IMG/VR virus record: IMGVR_UViG_3300000557_000001
Reading direction: 5' to 3' (one strand)
DNA from: a virus
DNA: 52,548 nucleotides
How positions within the stretch are numbered: the stretch's first letter is position 1; each line of letters begins with the position of its first letter. The notes beneath the pieces are model-generated. The model ran no database searches. It was given only the letters and a program-made list of their open reading frames with translations, and was not told the origin of the DNA. The position numbers were made by a program, and so were the translations under genes. Shown one piece after another: positions 41,898 through 50,294 of the stretch.

Positions 41898-42626
41898 ATG
41901 GGAACCTGCTGGCAGTATATACAACGGCAAAAGTTCGCTGCCGAAGGGCTGCCGGCAGGGCTGCAGCCGGATCAGTTAAAGCCACGCCTTGCGCACGTTG
42001 CACGGATCAGCAAGGATCAGGCGCGCGCGGTTATCCTGAAATATGAATGGCTGGGAACAATGGCGCAAACGGGCCTTCATTATGGCATATTTTACGGCGA
42101 TCACTTGGCAGGCGTTACTTGCGTCAACGTGGGCGGCGCCGGGGCGGCCGGTGTTAACAGTCATAAGGAGTTTAACCTGCAGCGCGATCAGGTGGCTTAT
42201 TTAGCGCGCGGCGCTTGCGTTCACTGGGCGCCGACCGGAACTAACAGCCGCCTTGTTAGCATAACGGCGCGCATGGTTGCAAAGGACAGCGCTGCAAAGG
42301 TGCTGCTTGCATACGCTGACCCGGCTGCCGGGGAGATCGGAACAATATATCAGGCTTGCAACTGGTATTATATAGGCAGAACGTGGCCGGGCCGGCGCTG
42401 GGTGTCGCCTGATGGGCAAAAGGATCGCGATTGGAAATATCCTTATGATCTTAAAAAACAGCGCGGAAAAACTCGTAAACACTGGGCGGACTGGTTAAAG
42501 GCGCAGGGCTGGACTGTTAAGGTGCTGCAGCCGAAATATAAATACGTGGCAATCTTGGACAAGGGCGACCCGGATCTGTTAAAATTGATTAAGGGAAAAG
42601 CGCAGGATTATCCTAAAAAAGTTTGA
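41898..42626 (+). CDS. GNAT-fold, Mom/DUF4338-like candidate DNA base-modification enzyme
   Basis: 242 aa; KYEWLGTMAQTGLHYGIF.., LLAYADPAAGEIGTIYQACNWYYIGRT; family assignment from memory of the motif only. Confidence 0.4.
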   Translation: MGTCWQYIQRQKFAAEGLPAGLQPDQLKPRLAHVARISKDQARAVILKYEWLGTMAQTGLHYGIFYGDHLAGVTCVNVGGAGAAGVNSHKEFNLQRDQVAYLARGACVHWAPTGTNSRLVSITARMVAKDSAAKVLLAYADPAAGEIGTIYQACNWYYIGRTWPGRRWVSPDGQKDRDWKYPYDLKKQRGKTRKHWADWLKAQGWTVKVLQPKYKYVAILDKGDPDLLKLIKGKAQDYPKKV

Positions 42627-42694
42627 GCGTCCGAAGTGGGCTTAAGCTGCAGCCAGCAGCGAAGCGGCGGTTCAACTCCGACCCGGACGCTCCA
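42627..42694 (+). ncRNA. tRNA-like structured element (acceptor-like stem, T-arm-like GGTTCAACTCC, 3' CCA), non-canonical; may double as a terminator
   Basis: GCGTCCG...CGGACGC-T-CCA (extendable to a 9-bp stem GAGCGTCCG/CGGACGCTC), then CATATTTTT; only 65 nt before the CCA and no anticodon arm found by eye. Confidence 0.35.
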
Positions 42695-42714
42695 TATTTT
42701 TGGAGGTGATATTT

Positions 42715-42867
42715 TTGGAAAATTATACGCAGCAAACGCAGCAAGCGCAGCAGCAAGAACAGCAAGCGCAGCAGCAAGGCGGCTGCCCGGATTGCGGAAG
42801 TTTTAATTACATACCGCAAGGCGGCTGCCCGGTTTGCATGGATTGCGGATACTCGAAGTGCGGTTAA
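42715..42867 (+). CDS. 50-aa Gln-rich / Cys-rich zinc-ribbon peptide (not in ORF track)
   Basis: TTG 6 nt after GGAGGTG; MENYTQQTQQAQQQEQQAQQQGGCPDCGSFNYIPQGGCPVCMDCGYSKCG. Confidence 0.5.
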   Translation: MENYTQQTQQAQQQEQQAQQQGGCPDCGSFNYIPQGGCPVCMDCGYSKCG

Positions 42868-42910
42868 GGTGGCCGCGACAACGGATGAAACGGCTGGGAG
42901 GTGGAGATTT

Positions 42911-43819
42911 TTGCTTAACGAGAACAGGTTATATGCGGAAAAGCAGGGTATCGACAAGTATCACGACGCAGGCTTTAAAGGTGCAGGCGTGCGGATCGGA
43001 ATGCTGGATACCGGCTTTGTGATCCCTGACGGATGGCTGGGTGGAAAAATAAAATATGGCGGCGAACCGGAAACGTTTAACGGGCAGCAGTGGGAACACG
43101 GTGCAATGACCGCGCACGTTTTGCATCAGGTTGCGCCGGAAGCTACAATTTACACTTTTAACGCGAACCGGTTAATGCCTTATGACGTGATCGAACTTTG
43201 CATAAAGCAGAACATTGATATATTAACTGCAAGTCTTGGTTATCCAGATCCGGGCAGTTGGTTCATGCGCGAATTGGCAAAGTGGAGTGAAAAGCTCCTT
43301 AACAAAGGCGGCCTGCTTTGTGCTGCAGCCGGGAACAGCGATTATGACGGTGTTAGCGTGCCGGCGAAAAAGGATACGTGGCTGGCAGTGGGCGCAGCCG
43401 TTCTTGACAGCGGTGCTATAGTTAGGAAGTATTATAGCGCGGTTGGCAGTGCGCTTGAAGTCATGGGCTTTACGAACTGGCGTATAAACATTAAGCCGGT
43501 GGGTGATACGATCGTGGATATTTATACCGGAACAAGCGCTGCTTGTCCGAACGTGGCCGGGCTGCTTGCGTTATATATAACGGCACGCGGCAAGCCGCGC
43601 AGCAAGGAGCAGATCCGGGCCATGATCGAAGCAAACACGCTCCCAGTCGTGCAGGCGCACAGCCGCGATAAATATACCGGCTTTGGGCTGCTTGTTTTGC
43701 CGGCGTTGGACGAACTGGGCGATTATGATAATGGCGGCAACGGCAACGGTGCGCCGGGCTTTTGGGAGCAGTTGTTCCTTTTTATGCGCAAGCTTGTCAA
43801 AAAGCTATTTTCGCGATAA
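42911..43819 (+). CDS. Subtilisin-like serine protease (peptidase S8)
   Basis: TTG 42911 after GGGAGGTGGAG (track start GTG 42869 also possible); catalytic D (MLDTGF), H (HGAMTAHV), S (GTSAACPNVAG). Confidence 0.85.
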   Translation: MLNENRLYAEKQGIDKYHDAGFKGAGVRIGMLDTGFVIPDGWLGGKIKYGGEPETFNGQQWEHGAMTAHVLHQVAPEATIYTFNANRLMPYDVIELCIKQNIDILTASLGYPDPGSWFMRELAKWSEKLLNKGGLLCAAAGNSDYDGVSVPAKKDTWLAVGAAVLDSGAIVRKYYSAVGSALEVMGFTNWRINIKPVGDTIVDIYTGTSAACPNVAGLLALYITARGKPRSKEQIRAMIEANTLPVVQAHSRDKYTGFGLLVLPALDELGDYDNGGNGNGAPGFWEQLFLFMRKLVKKLFSR

Positions 43820-43842
43820 AATAAGGGCAGGAGGTTTTTAAC

Positions 43843-44403
43843 ATGGGCAAGCGGCATGACTGGGAACCGGTAAAAAGTGAATATATAGAAGGCTATACGG
43901 ACAGCGACGGGAACCATGTTTGGCCGACGTTGCAGCAGTTAAGCGAACGGCATGGTATAAGCGAAAGCACTATGCGCAAGCGCGCGTCGCAGGAGGACTG
44001 GGCCAATGAACGGAACATTTTCCGGCAAAGAGTGGAACACAAACGGCAAGAAAAGCGCGCTGAACATTTAGCCGGCAAGGCGAGCGAGTTTGACGCAACG
44101 ATCTTCCGGGCGTCGGAAACGGCGACAAAACATATACAGGCGCATCTTGCGCAGGCAAGCGAACGCTTTCGGCAAAGCGGCGGCCGGGATCCGATGCCGC
44201 TGGCACAGTTGGAACAACTTGCAAAAAGTTTGGAACGTTACCAGAAGATCGGGCGCCTTGCACTGGGCGAAGCGACCGATATAACGGAGGGCGACGAAGA
44301 TGGCACAGACCAGATCATTATCAAGGAACTCGTCGGCGACCCCGACGTTGCAGCAAAAGTTAAAGAACTATTCCGATCAAGAACTGCTGAAAGAACTCGC
44401 TAA
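43843..44403 (+). CDS. terS: Terminase small subunit candidate
   Basis: 186 aa; HTH-like TLQQLSERHGISESTMRKRAS; directly upstream of, and overlapping, the large terminase gene. Confidence 0.6.
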   Translation: MGKRHDWEPVKSEYIEGYTDSDGNHVWPTLQQLSERHGISESTMRKRASQEDWANERNIFRQRVEHKRQEKRAEHLAGKASEFDATIFRASETATKHIQAHLAQASERFRQSGGRDPMPLAQLEQLAKSLERYQKIGRLALGEATDITEGDEDGTDQIIIKELVGDPDVAAKVKELFRSRTAERTR

Positions 44404-45865
44404 ACAGGATTATTCGTTTTATTGCGAATACACGCATAAGGGCTTATATAAGCCGGCGCGGCATTTACAATTAATTGCAGATCGGCTGACGGAGGTTGCG
44501 TTGGGTGATCTGCAGAAAATAATGTTTTTATTGCCGCCGCGGCACGGCAAGAGCATGACCGTTACTGAAACGTTTCCTTCTTACTTTATAGGCAAGGATC
44601 CGGAGCGCCGCGTTATGGCGATCAGCTATGGCAGCTTCCTTGCACAGAAATTCGGCCGGGCCAATAGGCAAAAAGTGATTGACTTTGGCCCGGCTTTGTT
44701 TGATATACAGGTTAACAGGGATCATTCCAGTTCAACGAACTGGGGAATTAAAGGGCATCGGGGCGGCATGATCAGCGCAGGGCTGGGCAGTGGGATCACT
44801 GGCGAAGGTGCCGACCTGCTAATAATAGATGACCCGATTAAGAACCGCAAGGAAGCGGACAGCGTTACTTACCGCGAAAACTTATGGCACGAATGGCAGA
44901 ACACGCTTGTTCCGCGGTTGCAGCCGGGCGGCGCAGTTATACTTATATTGACCCGGTGGCATGAGGACGATCTGGCAGGGCGCCTGCTGGAACATGAGCC
45001 TGACGAATGGGAGGTTTTTAGTTTGCCGGCGCAGTGCGAAGAACCGGAAGCGGATCTGCTGGGCAGGCAGCAAGGCGAATATCTTTGGCCGGGCGTTGGC
45101 TTTGACCATGACTGGGGCGAAAAGCGGAAGAAGGAAGTTGGAACGCGCGCTTGGAACGCGCTTTACCAGCAGCGGCCGGCGCCGAACACGGGTGCAATAT
45201 TGAAGCGGCATTGGTGGAGGTTTTGGTGTTATAAAGGGCAGGCCGATGATTTAAAGCCGGTTACGCTGCCAATACCAGAAGCGGAAGGCGGCGGCTTTAT
45301 TGAACGGGCTGCAGAGGAATTGCCTGAAAGTTTTGATAGCATGGCGCAGAGTTGGGATATGGCATTTAAGGATCACAGCGACAGCAGTTATGTTGTCGGG
45401 CAGGTTTGGGCTGCAAAGGGATCGCAGTATTATGTCAAGGATCAGATCCGCCGGCAGCTTAACTTCCCGGCCACGGTTAAGGCGCTTGAGCAGTTATCGC
45501 TTAAGTGGCCGGAAACGCGTGCAAAGTGGATCGAAGATAAGGCAAACGGGCCGGCAGTTATACAGCAGCTTCAAGGCAAGGTTAGCGGCATGATTGCAGT
45601 TAGGCCGGACGGCAGCAAGGAAGCGCGCGGCCACGCAGTTTCACCCATTGTAGAAGCTGGCAACGTTTACCTTCCTCATCCATCCCTTGCGCCGTGGGTC
45701 TGGGATCTGATTGAAGAATGCGCCGTTGCGCCTTATGGCGCGACTGATGATATGTTTGACGCCTTAACGCAGGCGTTAACACGGTTAACACAGCAAAGCA
45801 GCACGCGGCACGCGCGCGCGGCAAGCAGTGCAGGCAGCGCAAAGCGTGGCCGGCGGCGCAAATAA
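44300..45865 (+). CDS. terL: Terminase large subunit
   Basis: 521 aa; Walker A LPPRHGKS, LLIIDDP (Walker B), C-terminal nuclease-type acidic residues; ATG 8 nt after GGAGGG. Confidence 0.85.
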   Translation: MAQTRSLSRNSSATPTLQQKLKNYSDQELLKELAKQDYSFYCEYTHKGLYKPARHLQLIADRLTEVALGDLQKIMFLLPPRHGKSMTVTETFPSYFIGKDPERRVMAISYGSFLAQKFGRANRQKVIDFGPALFDIQVNRDHSSSTNWGIKGHRGGMISAGLGSGITGEGADLLIIDDPIKNRKEADSVTYRENLWHEWQNTLVPRLQPGGAVILILTRWHEDDLAGRLLEHEPDEWEVFSLPAQCEEPEADLLGRQQGEYLWPGVGFDHDWGEKRKKEVGTRAWNALYQQRPAPNTGAILKRHWWRFWCYKGQADDLKPVTLPIPEAEGGGFIERAAEELPESFDSMAQSWDMAFKDHSDSSYVVGQVWAAKGSQYYVKDQIRRQLNFPATVKALEQLSLKWPETRAKWIEDKANGPAVIQQLQGKVSGMIAVRPDGSKEARGHAVSPIVEAGNVYLPHPSLAPWVWDLIEECAVAPYGATDDMFDALTQALTRLTQQSSTRHARAASSAGSAKRGRRRK

Positions 45866-45883
45866 TGAAAGGAGGCGATTGTA

Positions 45884-47530
45884 GTGCCTTATAAAGACCC
45901 GGAGAAGAAACGGGAACACGCAAGAACTTATAACAAGCAGAAGCGCGAACAGCAAAAGGCTGCAAGCAATGCTCCGCGGCGGCCGTTTTGTTATGTAACA
46001 AAGGAAGGGCGCACAGTGCGCGAAGATGTTTTGGATCAATACGCAGTTAAATCGGAGGAAGGCTCCCGGCAGATGGCGGCGGATCGTTTTGCGGATCACT
46101 ATGGGCCAGAAAACGTTATTAAGCCGCTTTACAATCCCGAAGCAATGGCTGGCATATTGGAGATCAATACATTCCACGCGCGCTGCACAGCGGTCAAAGC
46201 GCGCGACGCTGCTGGGCTTGGGTGGGAATTGGAGCCAGTTGTGGAGGATCCTTCCCCGACGCAAAAGGAGCAGCTTAAGGAGTTCTTTGATCAGCAGGGC
46301 TTAACAGCGACCTTTTACCGGCATCAATACGATATTGAAGCCGTGGGATACGGGGCGTTGGAAGTTGTGCGCGCAGATCACAGCGCGGACGGCTTACCGA
46401 TTAAGTTTTACCATATCCCGTCGCATACGCTGCGAATGCACAGCGGCGGCGAAAAGGTTGTGCAGCGCCGGGCTGGTAAAAAGCGATACTTTAAACTTTA
46501 CGGCGTGGAAAAGGATATTGATTACAAGACTGGGCTGGAGCATGAACTGGGCAGCTTACCGGCGGATCGCAGGGCCACGGAAGTCCTTTGGAACAGCTTG
46601 TATTCGCAGCGGTCGGACTTTTACGGGATCCCTGACATAGTGCCGGCGCTGGGCGCTGTTCATGGCGACCTTGCACGGCGCGATTATAACCTTAATTTCT
46701 TTGATAATTTCGGCGTGCCGGCTTATGCTGTATTTATCACGGGCGATTATGATCCGGGGCCGGTGGATCCTGATACTGGGAAAACGGAACTGGAAGAAGA
46801 AATTGAAAATCACCTGCGCAAGCTGGCGGACGAACCGCACAGCACGCTCATTTTAACGGTGCCGACGCGCGAAGGTGCAAACAATGATGTCAAGATTGAG
46901 TTTCAGCCGTTGGCAGTGGAAACAAAGGACGCAAGCTTTAGGCTTTACCGCAAGGACAACCGGGATGAAATTGTCGTTGCGCACGGCGTTCCGCCTTATA
47001 GGATCGGGCTTGCGGAAACCGGATCTTTGGGTGGCAGCACTGCAGCGGAAAGCACGCAGATTTATAAAGACAGCGTTATTAAGCCGCGGCAGGAAATACT
47101 TGAAGAAATGGTTAACATGGTTGTCCGTGAAGGCTTTGAAATAACGGACTGGCGCTTTAAGTTTGCGGAAATAGACACGGAAGATGAACAGCACGATGTT
47201 CAGATGGTTATGCACTTGTTCAGTATGGGCGCGATGCGGATCCGTGATGTTATACAGCGCTATGCGGATAAATACGGGCTGGAAGATGACCCGGATGATC
47301 CGCTGCTTGATACGCGCTTTGTGGGTGGACAGCCGCTTACACAAGAGCGCATTGAACCACGGCAAGCGCAGCAGATGCAGGCGGCGATGCAAAGCTTGCA
47401 AGATAAACTCTTAAAGGTGGCGATCAAAGATGGACACAGCTACGGCCTTGAAAATGGCGTTGATCTCGGAGATCGAAATGCGCCGGGCAGCGCTAAAGGT
47501 GGAACGGATGGAATGGACGGCGTGGGCTGA
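45884..47530 (+). CDS. Portal protein
   Basis: 548 aa, GTG 8 nt after AAAGGAGG; YGIPDIVPALGAVHGDLARRDYNLNFFDNFGVPAY; position after the large terminase. Confidence 0.85.
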   Translation: MPYKDPEKKREHARTYNKQKREQQKAASNAPRRPFCYVTKEGRTVREDVLDQYAVKSEEGSRQMAADRFADHYGPENVIKPLYNPEAMAGILEINTFHARCTAVKARDAAGLGWELEPVVEDPSPTQKEQLKEFFDQQGLTATFYRHQYDIEAVGYGALEVVRADHSADGLPIKFYHIPSHTLRMHSGGEKVVQRRAGKKRYFKLYGVEKDIDYKTGLEHELGSLPADRRATEVLWNSLYSQRSDFYGIPDIVPALGAVHGDLARRDYNLNFFDNFGVPAYAVFITGDYDPGPVDPDTGKTELEEEIENHLRKLADEPHSTLILTVPTREGANNDVKIEFQPLAVETKDASFRLYRKDNRDEIVVAHGVPPYRIGLAETGSLGGSTAAESTQIYKDSVIKPRQEILEEMVNMVVREGFEITDWRFKFAEIDTEDEQHDVQMVMHLFSMGAMRIRDVIQRYADKYGLEDDPDDPLLDTRFVGGQPLTQERIEPRQAQQMQAAMQSLQDKLLKVAIKDGHSYGLENGVDLGDRNAPGSAKGGTDGMDGVG

Positions 47531-48332
47531 AAATAGGCTTGCGGCGCGGTTGCGCCGTTTGCTGGGCAGCGCCTTTGATGAAGTCCTAACAAAACTGCAG
47601 CAGCGCGGCCGGGTGCCTTCCGACAGTGCAGCGCAGCAGGCTTTACTTGCAGCACTGCGCAAAAAGGAGCCGGAGTTTATTAGTATAATCCAGAACGCGG
47701 CGCTGGATAGCGCAGGGCGTGGCCGTCAGCAGGTTTACGACTACGCGAAAACAGTGCCACACGCTCCGGATTTTACCGCGCGCGAGTTTAGCGAACGGGT
47801 TAAAAAGCTTATCAAGGATCACGCCTTTGAAGCAAGCGAGCGCACGATGGCACGTATGCGCGGCGACGTTATGGGCAATTTAGCGCGCAGCTATGAAGAA
47901 GGGCTGGGGATCCGTGATGCTGCAGACCGGCTGCGCGATCAGTTTGATAGTATGGAGGAATACGAATTAAAGCGCGTTGCGCGCACGGAAACAAACAGTT
48001 TTCAAAACATGGGCGCGCATGAAACCTGCCGGGAGCTTACCAATTATGAGCAGTGGTGGGGTGCAGACGATGATCGCAGCCGTGGCACGGAGCCGCAAGA
48101 CTTGGCCGATCATACGCTGGCAGGTATGCACGGCCAGATCGTGGCCGTGGATGATCCGTTTAGCAATGGGCTGCAGTATCCGGGCGATCGCAGCGGCGGC
48201 GAAGCTACAATCCATGAGTGGATCAACTGCCGCTGCCGCGTGGTTCCGTTCTTTATTCCGCAAGGTTACAAGGCGCCGCCGGGCGCAACTTACTTTTATG
48301 AATATGACCTTGTTTACGTGGGTGATGATTAA
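47430..48332 (+). CDS. Head morphogenesis protein (SPP1 gp7 / Mu F-like)
   Basis: 300 aa; ELKRVARTETNSFQNMGAHE and WINCRCRVVP. Confidence 0.8.
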   Translation: MDTATALKMALISEIEMRRAALKVERMEWTAWAENRLAARLRRLLGSAFDEVLTKLQQRGRVPSDSAAQQALLAALRKKEPEFISIIQNAALDSAGRGRQQVYDYAKTVPHAPDFTAREFSERVKKLIKDHAFEASERTMARMRGDVMGNLARSYEEGLGIRDAADRLRDQFDSMEEYELKRVARTETNSFQNMGAHETCRELTNYEQWWGADDDRSRGTEPQDLADHTLAGMHGQIVAVDDPFSNGLQYPGDRSGGEATIHEWINCRCRVVPFFIPQGYKAPPGATYFYEYDLVYVGDD

Positions 48333-48416
48333 GCGGCGCGGATATTAACATAGAAGCGACCATTATGGCAAGCAGTTAATGAGCTTTGAAAAATGCAAAG
48401 CTAAAATAATCCATGC

Positions 48417-48445
48417 TTGACAGGAGGTGTTCGGCGATGTAAACT
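48417..48445 (+). promoter_or_regulatory. Sigma70-type promoter candidate for the tRNA-like RNA
   Basis: TTGACA - 17 nt - TAAACT, 21 nt upstream of the RNA 5' end. Confidence 0.5.
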
Positions 48446-48466
48446 ATAACCAGAAGCTTTATAGCT

Positions 48467-48543
48467 GGGGCCGGTTTGGGATCGGCAAGTGTTAACGCCT
48501 GCAAGGCAGCGCTTGTATCCGGGTTCAACTCCCGGCGGCTCCA
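48467..48543 (+). ncRNA. 77-nt tRNA-Ala-like RNA resembling the tRNA-like domain of tmRNA
   Basis: Acceptor GGGGCCG/CGGCTCC with G3:U70, T arm CCGGG-TTCAACT-CCCGG, discriminator A; no canonical anticodon arm found by eye; T7 run 18 nt downstream. Confidence 0.55.
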
Positions 48544-48599
48544 TCAGCAACGGAACTGCAGTTTTTTTATAAGCTTGGAAAAAGGAGGTGTTCTATTTA

Positions 48600-50249
48600 A
48601 TGCCATTAGACAAACATTCCATTGAAGAAAAACTACGCAAGATCAGCAATGCGCTTGAAATGAACTCTGGTTTAGCAGACCCTCTGCCGGTTGCAACTTA
48701 TGGCGATAATGTTATTGTTAAGGACTACGGCAACGATGGGGAGCTTTACCAGCTTCAATATTCGGAAGTGAACGGCGAAATAGTGTTTGGGCAGCCGGCG
48801 CCGGTGGACGTTGCATACGTGCAGAAGCAGCTTTTAGAGCAGAACCCGAACGCTGCAGCTAAAGACGTTCAAAGCTTAATTGATACTTGGAGCGAGTGGG
48901 CCGGCGGCTTTAGTGAATGCGTGGCAGCACTGGCGGACAAGCCGGGGATCGATAATCCCGAAGCTTTGTGCGCTTGGTTGCATTATCAGGCGGAAGGCAA
49001 GTGGCCGGCGGAAGCTGCTGCAAACGCGGCAAAGGACAAGGACGCGGAGCTTACCGGGCCAATTGTATATAAGAATGATGCAAAGCGGATCGCATACGCG
49101 GCCGTCTTAGTGCCGGGCGAACCGGATCATGATGGCGAAACGGTTAGCGCGGAGCAGGTTGAAAAGGCTGCGCATGAATGGATGGAGCTTTATAGGAACG
49201 TTGACCTGCAGCACAGCTTGAACAACGTGGGCGTTCCGGTTGAAAGTTATCTGCTGCCGCAAGCAATGACCGTTAAATCGCTTGACGGGCAGGATCTTGA
49301 ATTGCCTGCCGGAGCTTGGATCTTGGGCAGCAAGGCCACGGATGACGAAACTTGGGGCCGCGTAACAAGCGGCGAACTTACTGGATATTCTGTTATGGGA
49401 ATTAAGCGCACGGCTGGCAAGTCTATTGATAAGGACGCGGCATTTAAACGAACCCTGCTCGGTGATTTGGGTGAAGATTGGGTGGCCGCGTTTGTTAGTT
49501 TTGTCGATCAGCCGGCCGTTCCGAAGGCAAAGTTTTTCGCGCTTAAAAGTAAAGCGCCGGAGCCGGGCAACGGTGGACAGAAAAAAGGAATACTGCAAAG
49601 GTTTGTCGAAAGCTTAAAAGGCGGCGATCAGGCTGGCAAAGCCGGCCGGCAGTTTAGCGATGATAATTATACAAAGCTGCAGCAACTTAAAAATCAGGTT
49701 GCGGACGCCTTGCAAGAACTTAACGGGTTGATTAAAGTGGCCGAACAGGAAAGGGCTGGCGGCAATGCGTATGACGCGAACTTTAATTCCGGGAAAGGAG
49801 GCGATGCTGACATGACTAAAGAAGAACTGTTAAAGGCAATTAAAGAGGATCCTGAAACAAAGGAAGCTTTAAAGGCTGCGCTTGCAGAGGAAGATCAGGG
49901 CGCCGGGGATCAGGGCGATCAAAACGATCAGAATGATCAAGGCAGCAATGATCAAAACGCTGCAGGCAAAGATCAGGATCAGGGCGATGCTGGCGATCAG
50001 GATCAGGGCGATCAGGATCAAGGCAGCGGCGGTGATACCGAAACGGTGTCTAAAGAAGATTATGATCAGCTTAAGGCTGATTATGACGCTTTAGCGGAAA
50101 AGGTTGAAAAGGCGCTGGGAACCGGCAGCCGTTCTATTAAAGGGCAAGACGGCAGCGACGACGATACCAGCACAAACGCGAAGAAGCGCGCTGAACTTTG
50201 GGGCCGGGATGGTTTTGGCCGGCGCAGGCGCGATCTTGAAGATAAATAA
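48600..50249 (+). CDS. XkdF-like prohead protease/scaffold fusion with a D/Q/G-rich low-complexity linker
   Basis: ATG 48600 after AAAGGAGGTG; RIAYAAVLVPGEPDHDGETVSAEQVEKAAHEWM; DQGDQNDQNDQGSNDQ..; coiled-coil C-terminus. Confidence 0.7.
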   Translation: MPLDKHSIEEKLRKISNALEMNSGLADPLPVATYGDNVIVKDYGNDGELYQLQYSEVNGEIVFGQPAPVDVAYVQKQLLEQNPNAAAKDVQSLIDTWSEWAGGFSECVAALADKPGIDNPEALCAWLHYQAEGKWPAEAAANAAKDKDAELTGPIVYKNDAKRIAYAAVLVPGEPDHDGETVSAEQVEKAAHEWMELYRNVDLQHSLNNVGVPVESYLLPQAMTVKSLDGQDLELPAGAWILGSKATDDETWGRVTSGELTGYSVMGIKRTAGKSIDKDAAFKRTLLGDLGEDWVAAFVSFVDQPAVPKAKFFALKSKAPEPGNGGQKKGILQRFVESLKGGDQAGKAGRQFSDDNYTKLQQLKNQVADALQELNGLIKVAEQERAGGNAYDANFNSGKGGDADMTKEELLKAIKEDPETKEALKAALAEEDQGAGDQGDQNDQNDQGSNDQNAAGKDQDQGDAGDQDQGDQDQGSGGDTETVSKEDYDQLKADYDALAEKVEKALGTGSRSIKGQDGSDDDTSTNAKKRAELWGRDGFGRRRRDLEDK

Positions 50250-50294
50250 GCGCCTTTTCAGGTGCAGACCTTATGGAAAGGAGGTTGATATTAC

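Noticed and set aside
42627-42694. Calling the two T-loop-containing elements (42627 and 48467) ordinary tRNA genes
   Set aside because: I could not fold a canonical D arm plus 5-7-5 anticodon arm for either by hand, and the first is about 10 nt too short. They are reported as tRNA-like ncRNAs pending tRNAscan-SE or ARAGORN.
49893-50030. GATCAGG/GATCAAG-rich stretch considered as a non-coding tandem repeat
   Set aside because: It is in frame in the scaffold/protease gene and encodes a DQGDQNDQ low-complexity acidic linker. It is noted only as a local GATC hotspot.
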